This document shows positions 17,011 through 25,362 of a stretch of DNA of 31,958 bases, piece after piece. Source of the stretch: a virus (lineage: Duplodnaviria; Caudoviricetes); the IMG/VR virus record IMGVR_UViG_3300044701_001735, positions 1-31,958 of that record; one strand, given 5' to 3'. Under the pieces are notes generated by a model. The model was not told where the DNA came from, did not search any database, and worked only from the letters and a program-made list of their open reading frames with translations. Position 1 is the first letter of the stretch. Every line of letters begins with the position of its first letter. A program made the position numbers and the translations under genes.

Positions 17011-17430
17011 TTACTCAATAAAGAAGTTGGGGAAAATGAAGGTTGTTCCCTCGGATTTTCCGTTTAGTAGCAAGTTCACCTTTACAGATATTTTATTTCC
17101 AGACTGTGTTAGATCAACAAAGTAAACTTCTTTTACTCTAGGATCTTCGTTTAGTAACTCTGTGAATGATTCTTTCACTTTATCTAGCGCGTTTTTATTG
17201 TTTGGCTGAGATACCAGTAGCGGTAGGTATGAGCCGTATTGTGGGTGTAATGGTAGTTCTCCGATAATTGTGTTCATTCTATTAAATACAGAGAATATAA
17301 TGTTGTAGTATCCCGGAAAGCGTGGATTGGATACTTTCTCGTAATCCTCGCTACTTAAGAAGTCTCCGTTATCGGATAAAACTAAGTCTCCGTTGAATAG
17401 TAATAAATCATTTCCGTATTTATTACTCAT
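17011..17430 (-). CDS. Baseplate wedge protein gpW/gp25-like
   Basis: GELPLHPQYGS and LNEDPRVKEV motifs. Directly upstream of J. Confidence 0.85.
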   Translation of the reverse strand: MSNKYGNDLLLFNGDLVLSDNGDFLSSEDYEKVSNPRFPGYYNIIFSVFNRMNTIIGELPLHPQYGSYLPLLVSQPNNKNALDKVKESFTELLNEDPRVKEVYFVDLTQSGNKISVKVNLLLNGKSEGTTFIFPNFFIE

Positions 17431-17657
17431 GATAAGTTACCGATTCCTGTTCCGCTAATAGTTCCCGGACCTTGTGGAGTGACGCAAGTTCCATTTAGTG
17501 AGGTTACATTTACAGTTGCAGTTTTTACATACTCGTCTATAATGTTTGCCAGAACATCAGCTTTATCGGCTGCTGTGTATGCAGTTCCGTCCGGCTTTTT
17601 TGCTTCACCAAACATGGCAGTAAGTTTCTGTTTTAGTTGCTGCTTGTTGAGAGGCAT
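17427..17657 (-). CDS. Small baseplate-associated hypothetical protein
   Basis: 76 aa coupled by TAATG/ATGA overlaps between spike and gp25-like genes. Confidence 0.6.
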   Translation of the reverse strand: MPLNKQQLKQKLTAMFGEAKKPDGTAYTAADKADVLANIIDEYVKTATVNVTSLNGTCVTPQGPGTISGTGIGNLS

Positions 17658-18220
17658 TAAGCTAAAACTCCCGTATTTCCTTCGATGATGACGCCGGGGC
17701 CAACAGGGGTTGCCACCTGATCACCAACTCTTGCGATTGGTCTGCTTCCGTTAGGCCCTAAAATAATCGAAGGGGAGTCGATGTGTGCCTTGCTTGATTT
17801 AACAACGACCTCACTCCCCTCAATAGTTATTTTTCCTTGTTTTAATACAATCTTATTTCCATATTTATCGGAAAATACAACGTCATGATCGCCCTCAAGC
17901 GGGAATCCGTTTTCCCCTGCTTCTGACTGACAGTAGCCGCCGGATAAGCAGATGGCTGTGCTTCTATCACCACGAGGAAACACGACAAGCACTGTTGTAT
18001 CTATTTCTGGGATTTGACCAGATGAATACGAATTGTTCGCGTTCATCATGTATAGGCGAGTCCACCCAATATCTTCTAAGTCTGGAAGAAGTAGTAGTTT
18101 GACCTTCTTATCCTTCTTTCGCACCTGTGCTACAATTGCTTCTGCTATATGGGTTACTTCATTACGAGCCTGATCAATTCGTCGGTAGATATTCCTTATG
18201 CCCTGTAATTGATCACTCAT
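17657..18220 (-). CDS. Baseplate central spike (gpV-like)
   Basis: 187 aa. OB-fold-like N-terminus (PEIDTTVLVVFPRGD), beta-rich C-terminus ending in PAAR-like PIARVGD. Confidence 0.8.
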   Translation of the reverse strand: MSDQLQGIRNIYRRIDQARNEVTHIAEAIVAQVRKKDKKVKLLLLPDLEDIGWTRLYMMNANNSYSSGQIPEIDTTVLVVFPRGDRSTAICLSGGYCQSEAGENGFPLEGDHDVVFSDKYGNKIVLKQGKITIEGSEVVVKSSKAHIDSPSIILGPNGSRPIARVGDQVATPVGPGVIIEGNTGVLA

Positions 18221-19518
18221 TCGCCTATCCTCTTATTGAGTATTGATAAATCTCCGATAAATATTGGTGTGCTTCCAAGTGAATTTGAAGGCTTAATATT
18301 TACTTTTGGTGGCGCAATTCTCTGAGTGACGGTATCCTTGTTAATATCTGGGTCGGTATCAATATCTATGGTTTGAGTATATCCTTCAACACTATAATTC
18401 TCTGTAATAGAGTTGATTGAGAAATAATAGTCTTTTACGAAACTTAATTCACTATACTCTTTTGTAGATACAAACTGAACGAGATCGAATACATTAATGT
18501 TATGGTTAGCAAAGGGAATATCTGCATTGCCTGTCATTATCTTCCTAGATAACCTTTGGTATATGTTCTGAGCAATTGCGTTTAATTCAGACTCGCCTCT
18601 GTTGCCACCAATGTTCATTTTTATGTGTCTTGTGTTCTCTTTAATTGGTGCGTTTTCTGGGTATCTAATGAATGACTTGCGCTCTTTGCCCTTCTTGGAT
18701 AACTTACTTGAATATAAGTCAACCACAACATTAGTTTTTGAGGACTCGCCAACTTCTCCGTATCTAAGAGTAAGATTCTTGAACAACATGTTCTTTGATA
18801 AATCAACAGAACCCTGTGGGCCATAGTAAAGGCTCCATAGAGAGGGGTCTTGCATGTACCTAGTAATGTATATTTTTGAACCTTCAATAAATACTCTTTT
18901 ATTCACTTTTCCAGCGCAGTCCATTAGAACTTCCCAAAAGCTTCTGCCGGAAGCACTGTATGAATATTCGCCCGTTTCTGCGTCTCTTTCTCCAAGCCTG
19001 TTCGACCCCTGAATTGAATCTGCGACTATTTGTATGCCGGGAATCCTGCGTTGAATTGCATTTAAAACACTGGAAACTTCGGCATCGCTATTCTTGAAGT
19101 TCTGGTCCCACTTGTATTCTCTTAGAGGTTGTGACCAATCAAAACATAGAAGTCTTAAAGTTCTTTCGTCACCGAACTGCCATTCTGGTTGTGCGGCGAA
19201 CCCGTCGAATCTCAAACTAAACTTTGAGGTATCAATCTTCTGTCCATTGAATGAAGCGTTATATATCTTACTGATCACATTGTTTATATCGCTTCGGTCA
19301 TCTAAGTAGCCTGAATAGACTTTAACAGGAACCCTCATCCCTGTCTCTTCTTCGTTCGCAAAAACCCTGCTATCAATATTCTCTAGGGCCATTGTAATGG
19401 TGCAGGTTGCCGCTTCGCCTCTTGAGCTTAACGCCAAGTTATATTCAATGACTGGGCATATTTCGTCGCCAATCACCACATAAGAGAATGGAGTATGTTG
19501 TGAGGGTTGATTGTTCAT
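18217..19518 (-). CDS. Baseplate hub protein (gpD/gp27-like)
   Basis: 433 aa between LysM and spike genes. VKVYSGY, RFDG, SFWEVLMDCA...VFIEG and YFSINSITENYS pattern. Confidence 0.75.
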   Translation of the reverse strand: MNNQPSQHTPFSYVVIGDEICPVIEYNLALSSRGEAATCTITMALENIDSRVFANEEETGMRVPVKVYSGYLDDRSDINNVISKIYNASFNGQKIDTSKFSLRFDGFAAQPEWQFGDERTLRLLCFDWSQPLREYKWDQNFKNSDAEVSSVLNAIQRRIPGIQIVADSIQGSNRLGERDAETGEYSYSASGRSFWEVLMDCAGKVNKRVFIEGSKIYITRYMQDPSLWSLYYGPQGSVDLSKNMLFKNLTLRYGEVGESSKTNVVVDLYSSKLSKKGKERKSFIRYPENAPIKENTRHIKMNIGGNRGESELNAIAQNIYQRLSRKIMTGNADIPFANHNINVFDLVQFVSTKEYSELSFVKDYYFSINSITENYSVEGYTQTIDIDTDPDINKDTVTQRIAPPKVNIKPSNSLGSTPIFIGDLSILNKRIGE

Positions 19519-19519
19519 T

Positions 19520-19894
19520 CTAAATGTCTAACGGTATTAAGATAACTTGTCCTACCTCTAAGTTTATATCTGTCAATTTATTGAATCTCATCAACTTCTT
19601 CCAATTGTTATAGTCGCCCGTCATTTTCTGGGCAATGCTATGTATCGTATCTCCATACGTGACAATGTATTCGTCACTCTGTTTCTCATCGCTAACCATT
19701 GAATTATAAATGGCTATATATTTCGCATATTCTTCATTTATAATGTTTAAGTTTGATACGATCTCAAGGGCGATAAACTTATCCTCTTGAGTATAGTTAT
19801 CAAAGCTTGCGTATATATCTTTGATTGTTTTCTCATTGGATAACTTTTCAGCTACAATGTCGTTGTATAATTCTTTGCTCAATAAAATTGCCAT
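19520..19894 (-). CDS. LysM-domain baseplate protein (tail X-like)
   Basis: YIVTYGDTIHSIAQKMTGDYNNWKKLMRFNKL...LEVGQVILIP. Confidence 0.9.
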   Translation of the reverse strand: MAILLSKELYNDIVAEKLSNEKTIKDIYASFDNYTQEDKFIALEIVSNLNIINEEYAKYIAIYNSMVSDEKQSDEYIVTYGDTIHSIAQKMTGDYNNWKKLMRFNKLTDINLEVGQVILIPLDI

Positions 19895-19905
19895 ACTGCC
19901 TCGCT

Positions 19906-22767
19906 CTAGCCGACTGAGCCATCAGGAAGGTCGCCTTTACCGACACTCGCCGGATATTTGGCACCATCACCAGTTTTAGGTAGCTTGCCGCCCAACTGCT
20001 TAACTAATTCCTTGGGATCGTTTGCAATAACCGTAACTGAAGCTATGTTGTAGGTGTGAGTTGAACTCTTTCTACTATCTATAGTTGCTTTAGGTGTTAC
20101 GACTGCTACGGATGCTCCCGCTCCAAGCGAAGTCTTAATTGGCTTTGTGCTTGGTGTAGGGGTCGGAGTTGGCGTTGGTGTGGGCGATACAGGCTTCACA
20201 CCACCTTTACCAGCGTTAGCAAGCTTCTCCCTCTTGAGATACTCCTCTCGCTCTTTAGGCGTCATACTAGCCAAAGTTTCTTGCCTAATTCTGGCGTCAT
20301 TTTTGGCTTTTTCTTCATTAGAATCTGATCTCGTTAGATACTCATAGATCAGTTTGATAACGACGCCAAGTACTATGATGGCAGCCAAAATTGCAGCAAC
20401 AGCGGCAGCACCCGTTATGATGGCGGCAGCGGCTTCGGCAAAAGCAATGACGCCCGCAGTGGCTAGTCCAGTTGCAGCAACAGTGGTTGCCATGCCACCA
20501 GCGCCGACGGCAGCGGCACCTGCCACAGATGATATGCCAAGCGCAGCAGCCGCAGTAGCGACCAATCCAGCATTATCGGCAATAACTTTAAATATATCCA
20601 CGAATACGTTCGCAACTTCCCTGAATTTTGCACCGTATTTATAAGAATTAAGCATGATACTGTGTATCGAGTTTGCTACGCCTTGCAGTGATTTATCGCT
20701 ATCGGTTGAACCAAGGAACCCTGCCATAAATCTGGCTATTCCTTCAACGCTATCAGATACAATTTGAAGTGAGATTTGGAAATTATCAATAATATTATTG
20801 ATTGTCGCTTCCGCATCTTCTGGACTTCTTTCAAGTCTATCTATGATGCCTGCGATTTTTAGAACCAAGTAATCGAAGCTATGTGCAAACCTGTCCGATA
20901 TTCTCTTGATGGAAAGTCCAACGCGCTTGTCTTGTGACATTCTGCTAAGAGATATGATTAGTTCCTTAAAAAACCCTCTGGCTTTATCGTATAAGACGGA
21001 TGTGAGTTGTGTGCCGAACATTTTGGCGAACATGGTAGTTGCATCTAGTGCTGGCTGAAGCGTCTCAGTCATCATGTTGGCAAGTTGCTCTACGCCCAAG
21101 CCTGCTTGAGACATTACCTTGTCTAGCCTGTCAAATGCTTCTATCATCTTACCAGCATTGACCATCTGGGTTATGTAGGCCATATCCGCTTCATGAATCT
21201 TGATGTTTTCTCTTTTTCTCATTGATACGGCGTTATCCATACCCTTACTCTTACCAGTTGTAGAGTTTGAGCCGCCCAATGCTTCCATGATCGGGAAGAT
21301 GTGGTATCCTAGATTCCTGTTTCCTGGGTCTGACATTTTGAGTACAGCACCCATTTTGGCGATTCTAATTGATAATTCATTGAGCATTTCTGGATTCTGA
21401 GCATAAGGATTAACCTTACCGTCCTTACTCAATTTGTTAATTAGATCGGACATTCCTTGCCTTGACGCAGACACGATTTCATTGAAATCCTGCCCAGTCA
21501 TAGCAGATACACCCATCAACTTATTCATGAAGTCTTTTGATACTTTTTCAGACTTCTGGAATCTTGTTTGAACATTCTTATCTTGTGATGCTTTAGCTTG
21601 CTGAATGGTTAATTGAGTGCCATCCGCATTTTTCATTCCGAGCAAACCAAGTGATGTGAAGTAGGTTTGCGACCGCTTCATTTCATCATTAAACTTGATA
21701 GATTCAAGAGTCCACTTATAGATTGCCTTACCAATCTTAAGCGTTGTTGAGTATACAAAGTTCAATGCCCTTCGAATTGCGTCAAAGGCATAAACTTTGA
21801 ATACTGTTCCGATTATACTATGGCCGCCGTGTCCGCCGTAGTACCCACCGTAGTATCTTCTGTATCTTCCGCCACCGAAGCCGCCTCCACCACCACCGCC
21901 TGAACCTCCGCGACCGCCGGAACCGCCTGCGCCACCTGCACCGCCGCCCGTGTTTCCACCACCAACACCGCCACCGCCACGGCCTCCAAACCTGTTGTTG
22001 TTAAAATGGTTTGTGGTGAAGTTATTTGGACCATTGAATCTTGCGTTATAGAATGTCCCGTTTCCATTAAACGAGCCACCGCCACCACCACCTCTACCAC
22101 CTCTGCCACCGCCTCCCCTTCCGCCAGAAGTCGGTGGGCCAGAGACGGACGGATCGTATCCAGTGCCGCCAAACGGATTGGTTGTGAACGGATTGGGCGA
22201 CATTCCGCTAGAATTAAATCTGGCCCTTCTCTCGATCTCCGATGATCTATTTGCGAATTTGCGGAAGTTATTAAGTTCCCTATTCGCTCTTTTAGATTCT
22301 TCGATTCGTTTCCTTATTGCCTGTTTTCTCTCCAAGTCCCTTTTGAATCTGTCTTCATCTACTGGTGGTCTTGGTGGGGTGTTTTGGCGAATTGTTGAGC
22401 CGAGTCCTGATACAGACGGATCACGGCCCATAACCATCCCGTTAATAACACGAGCGTACTTTCTGGCCTCTCTCTGTATTCGCTCTCTTCGGTTCTTTAA
22501 ATTGTTCTCCAGATCTGCATATTGTTTGATAACAGGCTTGAAATTAGAAGTCTTTTTAAGTTTATTTACGGCAGCATCAATCGCTTTGACTTGATCCTTC
22601 GTTGCGCCAACAACTTTAGCCGAGGCAGTTCTGAATGTTTCACTACCCCTCTTGGCTTTATCATACGTTAGATCAATTTTATAGCCAAGTTGCTGGAATA
22701 GGCGCTCAAGGTTCCTAATCTGCTTTTCGCCATATACTTCAAATTCTAATGTCTGTTTGAATGCCAT
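19906..22767 (-). CDS. Tape measure protein
   Basis: 953 aa, longest tail gene, helical, with an Ala/Gly-rich hydrophobic C-terminal region. Lies between chaperone and LysM/hub genes. Confidence 0.85.
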   Translation of the reverse strand: MAFKQTLEFEVYGEKQIRNLERLFQQLGYKIDLTYDKAKRGSETFRTASAKVVGATKDQVKAIDAAVNKLKKTSNFKPVIKQYADLENNLKNRRERIQREARKYARVINGMVMGRDPSVSGLGSTIRQNTPPRPPVDEDRFKRDLERKQAIRKRIEESKRANRELNNFRKFANRSSEIERRARFNSSGMSPNPFTTNPFGGTGYDPSVSGPPTSGGRGGGGRGGRGGGGGGSFNGNGTFYNARFNGPNNFTTNHFNNNRFGGRGGGGVGGGNTGGGAGGAGGSGGRGGSGGGGGGGFGGGRYRRYYGGYYGGHGGHSIIGTVFKVYAFDAIRRALNFVYSTTLKIGKAIYKWTLESIKFNDEMKRSQTYFTSLGLLGMKNADGTQLTIQQAKASQDKNVQTRFQKSEKVSKDFMNKLMGVSAMTGQDFNEIVSASRQGMSDLINKLSKDGKVNPYAQNPEMLNELSIRIAKMGAVLKMSDPGNRNLGYHIFPIMEALGGSNSTTGKSKGMDNAVSMRKRENIKIHEADMAYITQMVNAGKMIEAFDRLDKVMSQAGLGVEQLANMMTETLQPALDATTMFAKMFGTQLTSVLYDKARGFFKELIISLSRMSQDKRVGLSIKRISDRFAHSFDYLVLKIAGIIDRLERSPEDAEATINNIIDNFQISLQIVSDSVEGIARFMAGFLGSTDSDKSLQGVANSIHSIMLNSYKYGAKFREVANVFVDIFKVIADNAGLVATAAAALGISSVAGAAAVGAGGMATTVAATGLATAGVIAFAEAAAAIITGAAAVAAILAAIIVLGVVIKLIYEYLTRSDSNEEKAKNDARIRQETLASMTPKEREEYLKREKLANAGKGGVKPVSPTPTPTPTPTPSTKPIKTSLGAGASVAVVTPKATIDSRKSSTHTYNIASVTVIANDPKELVKQLGGKLPKTGDGAKYPASVGKGDLPDGSVG

Positions 22768-22779
22768 AAGTTACCTATT

Positions 22780-23577
22780 TTATTTACGCCTTGGAGTAGT
22801 TAAGCCTTTTTGAGCGCCAAGGGCTTTACCATTGATATAAACATTCCCACCTTTTTGAATATTTCTTCCGCCGGGACTAGCGCCTCCAACGAACTGCTGT
22901 GGGGTTCTTCCCTGTGTAACCAGCGGATTGGCTAAAGCCCTGCCAGTCATGCTTGTTGGCCTATTATCATTGCTGTCATCAGACGATGCGTGAGTAGGTC
23001 CAACTTCCTTCAATTTTCCGTCCTTGGCTTTTTTAGAAGCTTCCGCTATATTCTTCTTTGATTCCACAATATTGTCTGGAATAATCTTAATCTCTTGAAT
23101 TTGAACTTGAGTGGGAGTGATCTTTTTCTGATTCATGTGTGGGGTAAGCTTTATGCTATAATCAACTTCTGAATGATTGATAACTTTTATTTCAAACTGC
23201 TCTATGATGCAAATCATCTTATCGCCTTTGAATTTGAAATTACCCTCTTTCTTACCTTCTATGGGACTAAATGCTGGGCTGTTTCCATCTGGTACAGCAA
23301 AGACGCATTTGAGTGGTATTCCCATGAGTGACTTGAGTTTTTCTGCGCGTTCTTTTGCGCTCAAGTTTGAGCCATTAATTCTATATGATCCGAAGAAGCA
23401 CCCTTCGAACTCAACAGGCTCTTGGAATATGCCAATGATCTGATTGGTCATGACGCCGCCATTGTACTCAATGTAGTTCGTCTTTGTCCTATAAGAAATG
23501 CCGACAGAATCCGGCAGTTCCTTTGGGTGGAACTGAAACAGGATCGTATCGTCATCAACTTTAGTAAAGTAGATCAT
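22780..23577 (-). CDS. Tail tube initiator / gpU-like protein (putative)
   Basis: 265 aa. N-terminal FQF..ELPDSV...GG....IIG....VEFEG.F...AEKLKSL...CIIEQFE...YSIKL pattern, disordered C-terminus. Confidence 0.5.
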   Translation of the reverse strand: MIYFTKVDDDTILFQFHPKELPDSVGISYRTKTNYIEYNGGVMTNQIIGIFQEPVEFEGCFFGSYRINGSNLSAKERAEKLKSLMGIPLKCVFAVPDGNSPAFSPIEGKKEGNFKFKGDKMICIIEQFEIKVINHSEVDYSIKLTPHMNQKKITPTQVQIQEIKIIPDNIVESKKNIAEASKKAKDGKLKEVGPTHASSDDSNDNRPTSMTGRALANPLVTQGRTPQQFVGGASPGGRNIQKGGNVYINGKALGAQKGLTTPRRK

Positions 23578-23605
23578 TATTATTCCCTCATATTTTATTT
23601 ATGCT

Positions 23606-23632
23606 AAAAAATGGGCCTCATTCGAGGCCCAT
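23606..23632 (-). terminator. Rho-independent terminator after tail chaperone
   Basis: Minus strand ATGGGCCTC-GAAT-GAGGCCCAT-TTTTT. Confidence 0.85.
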
Positions 23633-23797
23633 ACTTTCTTCTGGCGAATAATAGTCATTCATTACTAGAGTTGCAGCGTTTCTCCATGTTGAGTTCCATT
23701 GCTTCTTTTCACCGAATATACACTCATATGGAACACCCCATTTTAAAAGAAACATTGACTGGCGGAAGCTTGGATTATCCGCCAGATTTGCTACTCC
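23618..23797 (-). CDS. -1 frameshift extension of tail assembly chaperone (GT-like product, about 161 aa total)
   Basis: The -1 frame from GGGGGAG reads GVANLADNPSFRQSMFLLKWGVPYECIFGEKKQWNSTWRNAATLVMNDYYSPEESMGLE* and fills the gap to the terminator. Confidence 0.75.
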   Translation of the reverse strand, partial: GVANLADNPSFRQSMFLLKWGVPYECIFGEKKQWNSTWRNAATLVMNDYYSPEESMGLE

Positions 23798-24102
23798 CCC
23801 TCGTCTTCAGCCTCATTCAATTCGCTGAAAACTTCAGTGATACTCATCCATTCCTTCTTGCTGAACTTGGTCATAAACTCAAACACATCTTCGAGTTTAC
23901 GCATAGGTTTACACTCAACGTCATCAACAGATGAGACAGATAGTGCGATCTGAACTGAGCGAACAGTTACTCCGCTTCCAAACTGGTTGTTCTGATCGAA
24001 GTCAGGACCCACCATCCTGAATGATAGTACATCTTCCAAAGCAGATAGTTCGCGGACAACTACCTTCTTACCACTCTTGAATACTAACTCCTTGGTATTC
24101 AT
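23791..24102 (-). CDS. Tail assembly chaperone (gpG-like)
   Basis: 103 aa acidic protein (KSGKKVVVRELSALED) between tube genes and tape measure. Ends in a G-run before the stop. Confidence 0.8.
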   Translation of the reverse strand: MNTKELVFKSGKKVVVRELSALEDVLSFRMVGPDFDQNNQFGSGVTVRSVQIALSVSSVDDVECKPMRKLEDVFEFMTKFSKKEWMSITEVFSELNEAEDEGE

Positions 24103-24114
24103 TTAGTTCACTCC

Positions 24115-24771
24115 TTACTTAAATGTGTCACTACTGTCCAGTATGCTGTTAATTATATTAGAAACTGTTTTTGATAGTCTGCCCGATTCTACACCGGCTG
24201 AGCGCACTTGAAAATAAACTTCCTTATAAGGACAGAATAAGCTTAACGAGTATGTTGATACACTATTGTCCCCATTAACATCATAACTGTATGAGGATAT
24301 TGTGCAGTTTTTATATTCAGTAATTTCTATCTTATCTGGTTCGCCTTTTATGTCTACCCCATGATTGACTATTTCAATAATATCAATTACTGGCGTTATA
24401 ACTGGCCCATTTGAATAAGGTAGTGTTCCAGAATAAATATCATACAAATTAATAAGGATTGATAGGTTTTCATCGGTTCTATCGCCATCAATCCTAATAT
24501 CATACCCCTCGTGGGTTATCAAGTCGATATTCTGTTTAAATCCATATGGCCTAAACTTCTTCTTTTCATTGATATTCTTTGTTACGTTGTAAGAGGTTAT
24601 CTGTAGAACATCTGAAAACTTCTCATTATCTATACGGATATAGATTGAGTATTGTGATGATAGGATCGGCTTTTTTGGTATTATTCTGCCGTCTGTTCCG
24701 GGCCTTTGGAATAGTAAATCGGTAACTGAACTATCTGCAAATTCTGACTTTAGGTTTTCAAAGAATGACAT
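24115..24771 (-). CDS. Tail tube-like protein, paralog 3
   Basis: ITSYNV..KKFRPYG..HEGYDIRIDG..IDIIEIVNH..YKNCTI aligns by eye with the two upstream genes. Start reassigned to ATG 24771. Confidence 0.6.
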   Translation of the reverse strand: MSFFENLKSEFADSSVTDLLFQRPGTDGRIIPKKPILSSQYSIYIRIDNEKFSDVLQITSYNVTKNINEKKKFRPYGFKQNIDLITHEGYDIRIDGDRTDENLSILINLYDIYSGTLPYSNGPVITPVIDIIEIVNHGVDIKGEPDKIEITEYKNCTISSYSYDVNGDNSVSTYSLSLFCPYKEVYFQVRSAGVESGRLSKTVSNIINSILDSSDTFK

Positions 24772-24775
24772 ACTA

Positions 24776-25345
24776 CTATACCCCACTATCTCTAGGTTGT
24801 AGTATTTTACTATTGATTATATCATCCACAACGCTGCCGGCAACATCCTTTGTTCTAAATACAACTTCCTGGAACGCAATCTGTGGTCCGAATTCAATAT
24901 CAAAGAATGATATGTCCGCTGGCGCTATTTCTTTATATGCAGCGAAACCTTTGATGGATTGACCATACTCATCGCTGCTGATGTTTATTTCTGGTGAATA
25001 CAGAGTTACGTTTCTGTATACCCAACATTCGAATGTCTTCTTATAGTAATTAACTTTTTCAATTATAAATAACTCAGGCGGTTGTGTTCCTGTTATTAGG
25101 CCGCGATCTACGAGATTTCCCCATCTTTCCAACATCGGATTAGTCTTACCGATTTTAAATGATAGGTCATATCCACCGAAGCGCAAAGATGCCGCCTCTA
25201 GGATGTATCCTATCGGGCGGCTCTTTATCATATCAGTTGTAGAGGTTGAAGAGAACTCGTCTATTTCGCCAAGAGAAATAGGAAGTGCCAATTTAGAAGA
25301 GTTTACGAATAATTGGACATTTCTGCCTAAGATCCTAGCGGCCAT
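24776..25345 (-). CDS. Tail tube-like protein, paralog 2
   Basis: RILG..GEIDEFS..IKSRPIG..GGYDLSF..LFIIEKVNY..YRNVTLY. Confidence 0.7.
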   Translation of the reverse strand: MAARILGRNVQLFVNSSKLALPISLGEIDEFSSTSTTDMIKSRPIGYILEAASLRFGGYDLSFKIGKTNPMLERWGNLVDRGLITGTQPPELFIIEKVNYYKKTFECWVYRNVTLYSPEINISSDEYGQSIKGFAAYKEIAPADISFFDIEFGPQIAFQEVVFRTKDVAGSVVDDIINSKILQPRDSGV

Positions 25346-25362
25346 AAGTTACCTACAGTTGT

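Noticed and set aside
20147-22594. Short alternative-frame and antisense ORFs within the tape measure gene
   Set aside because: Explained by Gly/Ala/Pro-rich low-complexity coding on the main frame.
23611-23934. 107-aa + strand ORF
   Set aside because: Antisense to the chaperone and its frameshift extension, starts inside a terminator stem and has no RBS. Treated as a shadow ORF.
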